In this document: one piece after another, positions 12,841-24,015 of the stretch | Layout of the letters: each line of letters opens with the position of its first letter | Numbering within the stretch: the stretch's first letter is position 1 | NCBI GenBank assembly: GCA_051530055.1 | Contig: CM121341.1 | Location: forward strand, 17,741,784 to 17,774,783 | Origin: Neoechinorhynchus agilis | Lineage: Eukaryota > Animalia > Acanthocephala | Reading direction: 5' to 3' | Length of the DNA stretch: 33,000 nt | Position numbers and translations under genes: made by a program | The notes under the pieces: model-generated | What the model saw: the letters and a program-made list of their open reading frames with translations, nothing else | Databases searched by the model: none | Told to the model about the DNA's origin: nothing

Positions 12841-13330
12841 GTTCGAAATAATGTTAAGTTTAGACATTATTCTCATCATTGTACAGCTTTTTTATGAGTA
12901 ATGGTACAATAGACAAAAATATCTTCTAAATATATCTTCGCGTTCTAATTGTGTATCCGTTGAATCTTCTTTATTTCTAATAACTATTTTTTAAATTTTG
13001 ATGTAAACCTCTAATTTTCAAACGATACTGTCTGCCTAAATATCATTGTAAACGTTCCAAATTGATCATATGAATTTACACTAAGCACCTAGCTTCTAAT
13101 GTGTCCAGATTTAAGAACTTTCTCGAACCTTACTTGCCGAAATTCGGCACAAATGGAAAAGTCAAAAGGAAAATGTTCGATATTATAGATTTGATCTCGA
13201 TGTTGTTAAATTTGCAAAACGAAAAGCGAATCGTGTTTTCTGGTGACTGAATGTTTCTAACTATTTGATATCAATCTTTTCTTCTTTTTGTCAGTTTCAA
13301 TTCATAATTAATTACTTTTTAGCAGATAAA

Positions 13331-14353
13331 CTATTTATTAGTTGGAAGCTGCCTTCGCCTAATAATTCTGTCCTTCGCAACGCGGCCGTCATCCATGCCT
13401 TTATGCTTACCAATGCCCTCCTCTCTCCTTTGGGCATTGTCATGGAATTCATCAGCAATTTGTTGAACATCCTCATCGTGAACTTGTTTTCGGTATTGGC
13501 GCATCACGTCGTATTTAATATTAGGTTTCTTAGATCTTCTAGCGGCTTCGAGTTCAGATGACTTTAATGATGTCGGAAACACAACTCCTCTAAGATCATG
13601 ATAAAACCACGTTTGAGTCCACTTGGCTCTTTCTAGAAGCGGGACTTTAATATCGTTCAGAGGTGCAATGACCTGCCCAGTTTTGGCATCCTCCGTTGGT
13701 TTTATTGGCGTCAAGTCAAAGGGGACTATGGAATATTCTTGGGGAGCATCTCGTAGGTACAGAAGATGTGGATCAAGTCTTCGTTCCAACTTGAGAACTT
13801 GAATACGCTTAAAGGACACGAATTTGTTTTCCGTTTCGACCTCAATAAATTCATGTCGGTGTTTAATGCACGGATTGTAAAGATCGTAGATAAGCTCAAT
13901 TCCAGTTCCGTCAACCACATTTCGTAGAATGAAGAAATGACGAAGTCCGTGACCACCACGGAATATGCAAATACCAACGAATCTATTATCCTTCTCACTA
14001 CTGACACCTCCAAATCGCGGCGGAATTGAACTTGTTACAGCCAAATGGGAACCGACGTAAAAAATCGGTATTTCGAGTTGAGAGCGACGATTGAGCATAT
14101 CAAGTCTTTCCAAATGCTCAGCGACATGATCCCTAAAATACGCCGTTGGATCCGGTATAAAGTCTGGATGGGTGATCCGAAACATGTCATAATTCATTCC
14201 TGAAGGACGATGCCGGGGAAGTGGACTCGAAGTTTCCGGATCCTTAATTCGATGCTTTTCCACAAGACTGTCATTGATATGACCCAATTGCTTATTGCGC
14301 AGCTGATGATTTATTACTGTCCTGACAACTTTCAATCGATTCATAGACGACAT
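13331..14353 (-). CDS. MRPL19: Mitochondrial ribosomal protein bL19m
   Basis: Intronless 340-aa ORF with bL19m motifs FYVGSHLAVT, RFVGICI, FILRNVVDGTGIELIYDLYNP and IQVLKLERRLDPHLLYLRDAPQEYS; basic N-terminus. Confidence 0.93.
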   Translation of the reverse strand: MSSMNRLKVVRTVINHQLRNKQLGHINDSLVEKHRIKDPETSSPLPRHRPSGMNYDMFRITHPDFIPDPTAYFRDHVAEHLERLDMLNRRSQLEIPIFYVGSHLAVTSSIPPRFGGVSSEKDNRFVGICIFRGGHGLRHFFILRNVVDGTGIELIYDLYNPCIKHRHEFIEVETENKFVSFKRIQVLKLERRLDPHLLYLRDAPQEYSIVPFDLTPIKPTEDAKTGQVIAPLNDIKVPLLERAKWTQTWFYHDLRGVVFPTSLKSSELEAARRSKKPNIKYDVMRQYRKQVHDEDVQQIADEFHDNAQRREEGIGKHKGMDDGRVAKDRIIRRRQLPTNK

Positions 14354-14486
14354 TTCAAGAAAGATAGACCAGTATTTTAAAATGAAGACGTTCTTTCAGA
14401 AGTCTTATTATAAGTTATTGCGATTTAGAAAGTTCCGTAAAAGTCGTCAACTAAAAACGGTCGAATTGTTACACAGTCATAAATAA

Positions 14487-14590
14487 AATAACCTGAAGAA
14501 GTCCGACGATATGGACGAAATATCGAAAATAATAAATCAATGTCTATTCTTCTCATCATAAAAGAACACATGAACAACTTTACAAAAATA
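14487..14590 (+). ncRNA. Hammerhead motif, repeat family A
   Basis: CTGAAGA(14493-99)-A-GTCC-GACGATAT-GGAC-GAAA(14517-20)-TATC, AATAAA 14531-14536. Downstream sequence is shared with the 25168-25205 and 7510-7565 copies. Helix I is only 1 canonical bp. Confidence 0.65.
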
Positions 14591-15009
14591 AAGTTTTGAG
14601 TGTTTTTAGGACGTCCTACCGATCTCTTGCATCAGAGAAGTGATTAAATCACGGCTGTATGCCTATAAAAGAAAATAAGCCGAAGAAGGGGCATTCTAAA
14701 AACACTGAATCAATATAACCGGCTTGCCAATAAATATTAAAGAAATAAAGATTTGAGTTGAATACGGCGAAAGGAGCTACAAAGTTTCCGCTAACACGTA
14801 CTAGGAATTTATGAAGATGCCAGCGGCTCGTGCCATTGACAAAGTTAAGCCCAATTTCGCTTAATTGCAAAATTATTTTTAGTCGAGCTTTCAATAAGAT
14901 TGATAAAATGCCATAAGCGTTCCTACAGTAAGAAAATCCAGCCTGAAATTCAATTTTTCCTTCATTCATCTTGTCCATTACGATTTGTTTATTTTGACGG
15001 AAACCTCTT

Positions 15010-15495
15010 ATGCGATTGATACATCTTAGCAAGAACAACGAAGGCAAGAGTCGGAAACCCGTGTTTTCCAATGATCCAAAGCTCGAATACTTATTTGTTT
15101 TGCGACAATGTATCCTACGGTTCTGGTATCTATCCCACGAACCATTTGCATCACCTAGTCCATTCGCTAAGCTGATTAACTCGATGCTGTTTTTGGAGAG
15201 GATGGACGTTATTCTACACTTAAGAGCTTCACAATCAAAAAGGATAGAAATGGACAAAATCGAAATGCCAAACGTGGCCACGAATACTGCTTCAGGTAGT
15301 GGAAATAACGATTGGTGGCAGGTTGAGACGGATGCAATCGAATCAAAGGACTTGGCTAATTCTTTATCCAAACTTGCTGCAGGCTCCGAATTCGTTATTG
15401 AAGACAAGCAAAACGAGAGCTTAAATCAAAATAAAGTGAGCTCGTTCGAAAAGCTTTTTGAAGATTTATACGAGTTGGAAAAGCGCTACACGTAA
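15010..15495 (+). CDS. Hypothetical protein (161 aa; may lack 5' exons)
   Basis: Open ORF with protein-like composition and an acidic helical C-terminus (SSFEKLFEDLYELEKRYT). No family recognised; overlapped by a long antisense ORF. Confidence 0.45.
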   Translation: MRLIHLSKNNEGKSRKPVFSNDPKLEYLFVLRQCILRFWYLSHEPFASPSPFAKLINSMLFLERMDVILHLRASQSKRIEMDKIEMPNVATNTASGSGNNDWWQVETDAIESKDLANSLSKLAAGSEFVIEDKQNESLNQNKVSSFEKLFEDLYELEKRYT

Positions 15496-15685
15496 TAACT
15501 TTAAGTTTTAAAAAATTATAGACTTCGAACAGATGAATTTGGGTTGAATGAATTGTGATAGATGATATAATTTTGAGCGGAGTATCCCATTTTCTCAGTT
15601 GCTTCTGTTGCAGAACGAAAGAAGTTTTGTTCCTTGTCCTTTCAAAATACAAAATTCTATGATTCCGGCTGGGACAAGATCGCAA

Positions 15686-17119
15686 ATGAGCGTTTTTCGT
15701 TCAATGAGTAGCCGGGTGTCGGCCAGTATTGTTGCTGGCGAGACCAATAGGCAATCAAAAGTCGCCGTAATAACACTTAGGAAACCAACCGTTGACGTTC
15801 ATACTTTAAGACGCGTTTAGATCAAAATGTGATTGAATTAATGAAACTTATAAAGTTACCTAAATATTGGAATCTTATAAAATATACAAATTATAATTCA
15901 ACTTGCAAATTTAATTAGCTTAATCCTCGTCTTAAAACTATTATCACATCAGTGTTTAGAGTAAATTGAAAGCCGCTTTCAATTTATTTCAGAGTTCACC
16001 AAAAGTAGGTGAAAAATATATAATATTAGATGTTTTCGTACCATAGATTTCTCATTTCGAATGTCTTATTTAAATGGTCAAATATGGAATATTTTCCGGC
16101 ATCAGCGCTAAAATTCTGTTTTTATAATGACCTATCAATTTAACTAATTTTATCTTTAAATTTTGAATGGTATTTAACAATCTGTATCTCAAGTTCATCC
16201 GCAAACGTTTATTTAGCTTTTGGCGGTATTTTATATTGCTTAAATTGCCGTTATGTTTTCTATCGACATTTTCATTCATTTCTTTATTAGCATAGAGAAA
16301 ACTACCGTTTTAAATAGTATATTTCCGATAGTAGATCCAGAAGTGAAAGCAACTGCTTTTATATTCTCGCTAAAAAATCGGTAATGTTCGTGAAAACCAC
16401 GATTCTATGAAGATTAAATCCACTTTATTTTATCAGAATGCGTCAAACAAGATCTTTCATCGCTGTGGAGAAATGTAACCAAGCAAGAAAACATAAAAGC
16501 GATTGTTTTGACAGGACGAATGAAAATATTTTGCGCTGGACTCGATAGTCGATCACCTTTATTGGAAAAGAGCGCAATCACGGAAGCAGATATTAAATCA
16601 GAAGCCAATCTTCTGCACGAATGTTGGAAGGACTTGCGAGCATCTCTTAAACCGAAGCTAAGCATTGCTGCCGTCAACGGTAAAGCACTCGGAGCTGGTT
16701 TTGAACTTGCTCTGCTTTGCGACATGATTGTTGCAAGTCCCAATGCACAATTCGCCTTCCCTGAAATCACGAAACATGGATTTATTCCAGGATTTGGAGG
16801 AATTAGTCAACTGTGTGCTCGTATTGGATCATCTTGCAACTGTCTGGATATCATATTGTCGGGTGATATCATAGGAAGTGACAAGGCTATGAGCATTGGA
16901 CTGATAAATAGGGTCATTGATGAAGTGGATTGCACGGAATTTCAGAACAAAAGCGTTGAGTTCGCTCAGCGTGTTAGCAATTCCCGAGATCTTGCGGTGG
17001 ACGCTGCAAAAGCAATAATTGATCGTTATCAGCAAATAAGAAGTGAGGATTGTTCTTCAATAGAACATGATTGGTTCGTTCGCTGTTTACTCGAAAAACA
17101 AAAGACTTCTAGAAGTTGA
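15686..17119 (+). CDS. Enoyl-CoA hydratase/isomerase (crotonase family), probably mitochondrial, spliced
   Basis: Main exon from 16437 gives KAIVLTGRMKIFCAGLD, IAAVNGKALGAGFELALLCDMIVASPNAQFAFPEI and GFIPGFGGISQL, with both catalytic Glu positions present. The upstream exon from ATG 15686 gives an Arg/Ser-rich leader and KVAVITLRKP. Intermediate splicing (possible micro-exon near 15991-16006) is uncertain. Confidence 0.88.
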
Positions 17120-17413
17120 GTGACCCACAGACTCCGTTATTTGTCAAAGGTATCTCTTCGACTTTATATCTTTGCAAAATCCCATACTTTTACTTGAATT
17201 TAATTATAATTTGTCCGTGGTACGATTAGACAAATTCAAGACGTCTAGATAAGCGGCGAATGCCAACCTTCGAAATCCTGCTTAACAAAGGTCATTAAAT
17301 GCCTTTTCGAAAAATACATGCAATCATTCTGTATCGGCCATAAGCATTAAGCAAAGTCTTTTAAAAGTTGCCAAAGGCGCCTAATAACTAATAAAACGTA
17401 ACTTAATTTTAAG

Positions 17414-19245
17414 ACGATTCCTCCAAAATTCTCGAAATTTCATACTCGTTTAGCTCAGAAGGGACAAGATTTCAAATCTTCAAACGCGTAAGTGGTAGAT
17501 GATTCAGCAAGCCGTTGTGCGCATGCAAAATCATAAAATAATTTTAGAGTATCTTTAAAATGCTAATAAATAACATAATTACCGCTTACATTCTATCCGA
17601 ATTCGACTTTATAAAAATAAGGCCATGGTTTCGACGTTTCAATGATAACAAATGGCCAGAAAGTTGGCATCTCCATCGATCCGGATTTAGCATTGAACGA
17701 ACTTGGAAGCTCGGTTACACTGGGAAAAATGTGGTAATTGGCGTTGTGGACGAAGGGATCGAAATAGATCATCCGGAATTGAAAGACAGCATTTTAACAT
17801 TGATTCCCTATCCCACTTTATACAGCAAACATGGCACTGCATGCGCTGGCATAATCGCTGCAAAACCGAATAATATGTTTTGTACTGTTGGAATCGCTTA
17901 CAATTCGCGATTGGTTGATTTTAATATAAATGCCAAGCATAGGGGCAAATTAAACTTTAACGAATCACTGGAGCAAAGTTTTGGATTAAGTGGCAGTCTT
18001 GCAGTTTACTTCAAAAGGGCGAAGTAGACAGCCAAACTGTAGGGTTTGCATACAATATTGATTTTACTTAGTTTTAAGCGCAAAAGTTTTAAGAATTTCA
18101 CATGAGTATTCCGCTATATTAACCGACTTTTCTTGTCAATTTCCAAACTGCTCGACTTTTAATGAACTGCTGCCGTAAATTCCATAGTGGACGTATACAG
18201 CACTTCATTCGGTGATCAAGATGATGGAAAAACCGTACAGCATAGAAGCGGGCTAATGGAAGCAATGTTAGCCAATAACGCCAAGCTCGGTCGAAATGGC
18301 ATTGGATCGTCTTTTGTAGTTCCCGCGGGTAACGGTGGTTTTAGATTTGATCACTGCTCAGTCGATCGAATGGTAAACTCCATTTATTCGATTGTAGTTG
18401 CAGGTATTTTAAAGAACCGTTCAACGCCGAAATTCGCTGAGAGATGTGCTTCAATCATGACAAGCGCTTTCACGGGCGATGGCACTTCCAATGGCATCGT
18501 TACAGCGGGACCGGATGGAACCTGCAATACTAATTTTTATGGTACTTCGGCGGCTGTTCCAATGGTTGCGGCGATCATCGCACTGGGTTTAGAGGCAAAT
18601 CGGAATTTAACGTATCGACAGATTCAAGCTCTGATTGTTGTGTCATCGAAGAAACCTTCAGAGGAAAAATACCAAGCTCAAAAATACGCTTGGTGGAAAA
18701 ATGGGGCTGGATTGTGGGTTAGCGATTTGTTTGGATATGGAGTTTTAAATCCTGAATTATTTGTACGCAACGCTATATATTTACGCAACAAAACTTCGCC
18801 AGAATTGCATTTATGCAACGTTCCAATCAACCATTCCGATTTCGAAACCGTAGGACCGAATACTTTCAAAAAGTCTAGAATTTGTACACGAGCATGCGAA
18901 GAAACAAATTCCGCTGTAGTCAAATTGGAACACTTAGTTTTAGAAGTGAGTATCGTGCCAATGAGTTCGCGGCCGAGTCGAAGAGGAAAGTTGGCAATTG
19001 AAATCAAATCCCCTCAACAGCGCCCGATTTGGATTCTTGGATCCCGTTTAAATGATGACGATAGAAGCCAAGGATTTCGGAATCAGTCATTTACTTCAGT
19101 ACTTCATTGGTTCGAAGATCCACGAGGGTGTTGGGATATTTCTATCGTTAATTTGGATTCGAATGGCTGGTTTGTGATACAAAGAATCAGCTTAAAGTTT
19201 TTCGGAGTAAACAATTTAGCTTCAGAATACTTTCAATTGATCTAA
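17414..19245 (+). CDS. Kexin/furin-family proprotein convertase (S8B subtilase plus P domain), soluble type
   Basis: Catalytic VDEG (Asp), HGTACAG (His), GNGG (oxyanion Asn) and GTSAAVP (Ser). P domain with RRGKL at the RGD-motif position. Phase-consistent introns 17488-17547 and 17990-18187. No Cys-rich or TM tail. The true start lies upstream of 17414 and is unresolved. Confidence 0.92.
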
Positions 19246-19405
19246 ATACTCTTGTGAGCGATCGTCCGAGGAACTTGCACTACTTCGAAATTTTCTAATA
19301 ATTAATTATAATTTAGCTTGTTCATGATTTATTCGTTATAATCCCTGCTATGTTCATACGTCTAAATGACAACAAAGACGCTATAAAATTACTTTCGAAA
19401 ATGTC

Positions 19406-20159
19406 ATGAATATGCCACTAGTTTTACATTCTTTTCATAGCGCTGATATGAGTAATAAAAAGTATAAATCGGTTTGCTGTGCATTAAAACGTAAAAGTTT
19501 TGTAATGCACAAGTCCGCTCGCAAGGTTCTCAAGCATTTAAATAGATTTTTGAAGGATGCGGTACTCGTGGTCACTTACAACCATTCCGCGTACCACAAA
19601 AAAGAGATTACAGCAAAGCAGTTGCTTTACCGATGTTGCTCGAACACCGAAGATGAACACGAAGCGAGATTAGATGAGCTGTTAGAAGAACTCAATCTTC
19701 GGCAAATTAAAGTTCGTGCGGATGGTAACTGCTTCTTCAGTTCAGTTTGCGAAGCTTTGCGAGCGAAAGGCCTTGTTGAACGCGATATAACTCATTTCGA
19801 TATCCGATTAAAATGTATTAAAGAGTGGCGCGATCATCTAAAGCTGCGAATCTAAAAGCGTCCTGTCTCTTAGATTTGCAACAGTCGATCAATATACGCC
19901 ATTTGTTGAAAATCTTGAAATAGATATCGATAACTTCAAGAAGGATAGATATTTTAACACAGATCTTGGGGATCTTCTGCCTCTGACAGTTGCAAACGCC
20001 TACAATATAAACATTGTGATTATTAGCTCGAACCCAAAATTTAAACAACCACTTTGTGTCAGTCCGAACGATCCAATGGGTAATCAGTTGGAATCAATAT
20101 ATCTCACTTTTATCGCGATGGGTTGTGGCCATTATGATTACGCTGTACCCAAAGATTGA
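19406..20159 (+). CDS. OTU-domain cysteine protease (deubiquitinase-like)
   Basis: VRADGNCFFSSV catalytic Asp/Cys motif. A 49-nt intron (19825-19873) restores frame to FATVDQYTPF...GDLLPLTVANAYNINIVII...GCGHYDYAVPKD* (catalytic His), stop 20157-20159. Confidence 0.85.
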
Positions 20160-20355
20160 CAAAGTTTGAAAGAGACTAAATAAAGAAGGGACGTATGAAA
20201 TATTCGCTGAAGCTGCTATTTCAGTCAATTGGGCAGCGCTAAAATATGGAAATCAACTTTATAGACGCTTTGTTTAGTGTAAAATCGTCGGGCAACATTT
20301 GACTCTTTATTACAAAATTCAGTTTTCCGAAGTAATACATTGAACGCCCAATTAA

Positions 20356-20940
20356 ATGTTCAATTTTTACCGTGTTTGTTCAAAAGCCTTTCCTTGCATT
20401 AACCGTAAAATCGGACTTATCTTCTTTACAACAATATGTTATGTATTCACCATGGCAACCATTTCATTAATCTTTACACGCTGTGAATTTTCGATGAATA
20501 CTGATTCTCGTGATGAACATTTCCGCACAGTGAGTGATTCTTATGGAAGATGGTTCGCCGCGACTAAAGGACCAGGACTCTTTCCTGTGGACAACTCATG
20601 TTGCCTCGGTCATGTCGCCTGGCGGGCACCGTGCCATCTTCTGCCAATCAAAAAGGAGTGCCGTGTGACTAAATGCACTTTGGACGATTGCGGAAATTGC
20701 GAGGGGAGATATCGGATTGTGGAATGCTGCAGTCGCGACAGGAATCAACGAAGAATATCCGCCCATTTTCACAGTGAAATTAAACCGAGGGAAGCTCAAG
20801 TTTTCTGTAAGGAAAAAAGAAAACCGAAACGAGTACCAGGTCACTGTAATGGAGATGAACCAGCGAACGGAATGACGAATCATAATTGGAGAAAGCAGTC
20901 GAGAGAATGGTGTTCAACTTGCGGGGCTGCTCAAAGATAG
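20356..20940 (+). CDS. Cys-rich protein with N-terminal hydrophobic anchor, unknown family
   Basis: 194-aa ORF with TM/signal-like IGLIFFTTICYVFTMATISLIF followed by a densely Cys-rich segment (CC...C...C...C...CGNC...CC). Confidence 0.55.
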   Translation: MFNFYRVCSKAFPCINRKIGLIFFTTICYVFTMATISLIFTRCEFSMNTDSRDEHFRTVSDSYGRWFAATKGPGLFPVDNSCCLGHVAWRAPCHLLPIKKECRVTKCTLDDCGNCEGRYRIVECCSRDRNQRRISAHFHSEIKPREAQVFCKEKRKPKRVPGHCNGDEPANGMTNHNWRKQSREWCSTCGAAQR

Positions 20941-21293
20941 GCGACCTTCACTCTTCGCCGATCCAATTAATTGAGTTTTTTATGAATATTTTTAATAAAT
21001 TAAATTGTATGAAATTTTTGTTGCAATTTTTAATGGCAAATCCTTAAAATTTGATAATTTATTATTTCAACACGTCAAAAATTTATAAAAATTCTGACGG
21101 AAACAGAGTTACATCTTTATCCTCAATTCCCTTTCTGAATCGCATAGCTGATTCTCGGATAAAAATAGTTGGCTGCCCTGTGGTCATTTGTTGTTGTTGT
21201 TGTTGCGGCCAACCATTTTTTAGCGTTGGTTAAAAATTACGGATATGACGACCATCAATAATTTATTGCACACTCTTCACACCATTGTTTAAT

Positions 21294-22862
21294 TTAAGGA
21301 AACGGTGGTCTATCGTTACTTGGGGATCGTTGCAGAAAATAAAAAAGACAAATCACAACCGTTATCATGGCTACGAAGCGTCCAAGCATGACCATAAATT
21401 CAGGAACTACAAAATGCTCAGCCGAACTCGTCTCCATTACCTGTTGTTCACGCCTTTTGTTATTATTCCTTTCTTTTTGTCGATCTTCAATGTATCTGTT
21501 TATTGGGTTTCTACGTAGAGGACTACGACTTCTAACATCCTTGTGATATCCGTAGGGAACACGGTCGTCTGGTTCAATGTAAATACCGTTTTGAACTTTG
21601 TCGGGTGTAAACGTGCGACTGATAAGGGGAGGTGGACTCGTTGTTAACGAGAAACTGTTAACGTCCGAAGTTCTATCCCTTGTTGTGGCTGCGTTCCGTT
21701 GTCGTGCTCTAGCGAGAATCTCATCAACAGAAGGAATAGAAGACCGACATGGAAATAAATTAGTTTCCCCTTCATTTTGTTTTGGAACGCTTTTAAACAA
21801 CGAATGATTTTCTTTCACTTGTTCTTTAACGATTTTAGTTATCGGACGAGGAAGAGGTTCGCGGCCAATTGCTTCTCGTCTATCTTTTTTGTTGGACAAC
21901 AGACTGCCTCTTACATCCGTCGGCCACGGACCATTGCCAATCTCAATAGACGGAGTTCGTTGTATAACCGGTTCTTGAGTCGATTTAAGGCTGGACTGAC
22001 CTGGATAAATGTGAATGTCGCGAGTTGCTTCGAACAGCATTGACTGTGGATCAGTGCCGGTTGTTGAAGCTTGGAATTCACGAATAGAACACCATGGGTT
22101 CGTACCGGTATCTCGAGTGATCTCCACGGACTGTACCGCTGATTCTCGTGTTGCTCTTTCACCACTTATCCAAGGACTTGTTCCAGAGTCCCGAGTTGCT
22201 ACTGCTTCGACTGTAGTTCTCAAATTCATGGGTCGTGGAAGTGAGGTTGAAACGTGAGATGGTGTTTCCTTTCGTTCCAATGACCATGGACTAGTCCCAA
22301 CGTCACGGCATTCGATAGATGGTTCGACGCGGATTCGAGAACGGTTTGGAGTCCCCATTTCCTTGTTTACTGCAGTGAACTTTTTAAACTCACAAAGCAC
22401 TTCCAATGAATTGTGCGATGAAATATGATTTCTGAGCATTCTAAACTCATACTATACCCGCTGATTTAAATAAAAAAACCCACACCACAAAACTCTTCTG
22501 TACACGAGAAAAGTTCACCGCTCTACAATATGACCAGCATCTTTATGAGTGACACTTTGCGACATGGACGTTTTCTCTGTACTTTTAACCTTGGATTTTA
22601 TCGCCTCGTCCAAATACTTGTTAACTCTTCTCTCACATAGCTTCCTTGTGGTAGCCGTAACGCTTCCACAGTCTTTTCCAATCCCCTTCAGAACACAAAA
22701 CAGCTCTCGATCTGTCAACCCAGCAGGGTCACCAGCCTCAACCAGTTTCTTATGAGCTGACACCAGATCATCCATTTCTTTAACCGAAGAGTCCGATGGA
22801 TCCGCCTTCAACTCCCAAAGATCCATGTAAGCCGACAGTTGATGTCGTATTTTTCCGCTCAT
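21294..22862 (-). CDS. LEM-domain inner nuclear membrane protein (emerin/LAP2beta/otefin-like architecture)
   Basis: join(22519..22862, 21294..22440). The 78-nt intron 22441-22518 (cg|gtgaac...ttag|a) is phase-consistent, giving about 496 aa. LEM signature LTDRELFCVLKGIGKDCGSVTATTRKLCERRVNKYL; disordered middle; C-terminal TM FVAMITVVICLFYFL. Confidence 0.85.
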
Positions 22863-23282
22863 CTATCTGGACAACAACAAAAATGTCAACACATAAAGCG
22901 TTTAGATGAATCCAAATCGTCTTTTTTTGAGGCTAGCTGACAACAACTAGAACATCAAACGCAAAAACAAAGAAATCCAAAATCTGCGCACAATCTTGAG
23001 ATTTTTAATCTTAATAAAACACCTCAAATGAAACGCAATACACAAAAAAAGATTACAATCAAAATTTCCAGCGTTAAAAAACCCACGAAAACATAAAACT
23101 CAAAAACATATATAGCAGTTACGCCCGAACAGGTCCCATGACGAACAATAACGAACTTTTACGTATTTTTGATTTCTTTCTTACCTAGAGCGCGTATTAA
23201 AATATAATTGTACAATAAATCAATTATTGCCAATATCGTTATCGAGTTTCTTAGAAATTGGATGATTTTAAAATATGGAATT

Positions 23283-23404
23283 ACCCAGTAAATGATTATT
23301 TCGGTTAAAGACGTTCTGCGAACCTCGTCGGGTTCATCATCAATTTGTTTGTTCATTTACCGGGTGTAGACCTAAACAATAATTAAAGATCACATTCCCC
23401 GGTA
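23283..23404. repeat. Family B copy with inverted truncated partner
   Basis: Minus-strand cccgacgaggttcgcagaacgtctttaaccgaaataatcatttactggg (23333-23283) plus plus-strand catttaccgggtgtagacctaaacaataatt...cacattccccggta (23354-23404). Both match 12251-12340. Confidence 0.75.
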
Positions 23405-23619
23405 ACTTGCGTACAGACGGTTTTAAAATATGTTCTTTACAACGCGTTCGGCTCTCAATACGAGACTAAAACACTACTTGTTTCCCAATAAGATTTAAGC
23501 CACTATCAGCGAATCGACATTGCTTACGAAACAAAGTCTATTTAAGGCCACGTTCAATTGTAGTCTAAGATCGACTGCTCGTTCAATCGTTCGCCGATCC
23601 TTACAAGGTTTCACACGAC

Positions 23620-23798
23620 ATGGTAAGTTTTCTTTTGTCCAAACCCACAAAATGCTTTAATTTTCATCGCTGTCTCCAAAAATGCTGCTAATCTTTAATA
23701 TTTCATATTTTTAGTGCTGCTTCGACGTTGGTGAAGACGTAAGCTGGTGCTGTATGTTTCCATTCTGCTTTCCATTATGCTGCCCTTGCTGCTTTTAA
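23620..23798 (+). CDS. Spliced micro-gene 1: 28-aa Cys-rich peptide MCCFDVGEDVSWCCMFPFCFPLCCPCCF
   Basis: ATG 23620-23622 | gtaagt intron 23623-23714 ...ttttag | exon 23715-23798. AATAAA at 23874. Paralogue at 24430-24747 shows codon-aware conservation. Confidence 0.75.
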
Positions 23799-24015
23799 TT
23801 AGTGGGATGGATAACTCCGGTGGCACTATTAGACGATCTTAAATCTGATGCCACCTTAGTTTCTTTAAGTTAAAATAAATGCTTCTTTGCATGCTCAATG
23901 GCCATTGTTTTGGATGCGGCCAACGAGTTCTCACGGGTTAATTGTGAGAGTTATAAAATTCAAAATAAATCATTTTGAAATTTAATCAAGAAGTTCATAA
24001 ATAGGTTCTTTTCTA

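Noticed and set aside
21051-21233. ORF with CCCCCC resembling the Cys-rich micropeptides
   Set aside because: The Cys run is a (TTG)n microsatellite downstream of the LEM gene, with no similarity to the CCFDxGED family and no ATG|GT structure.
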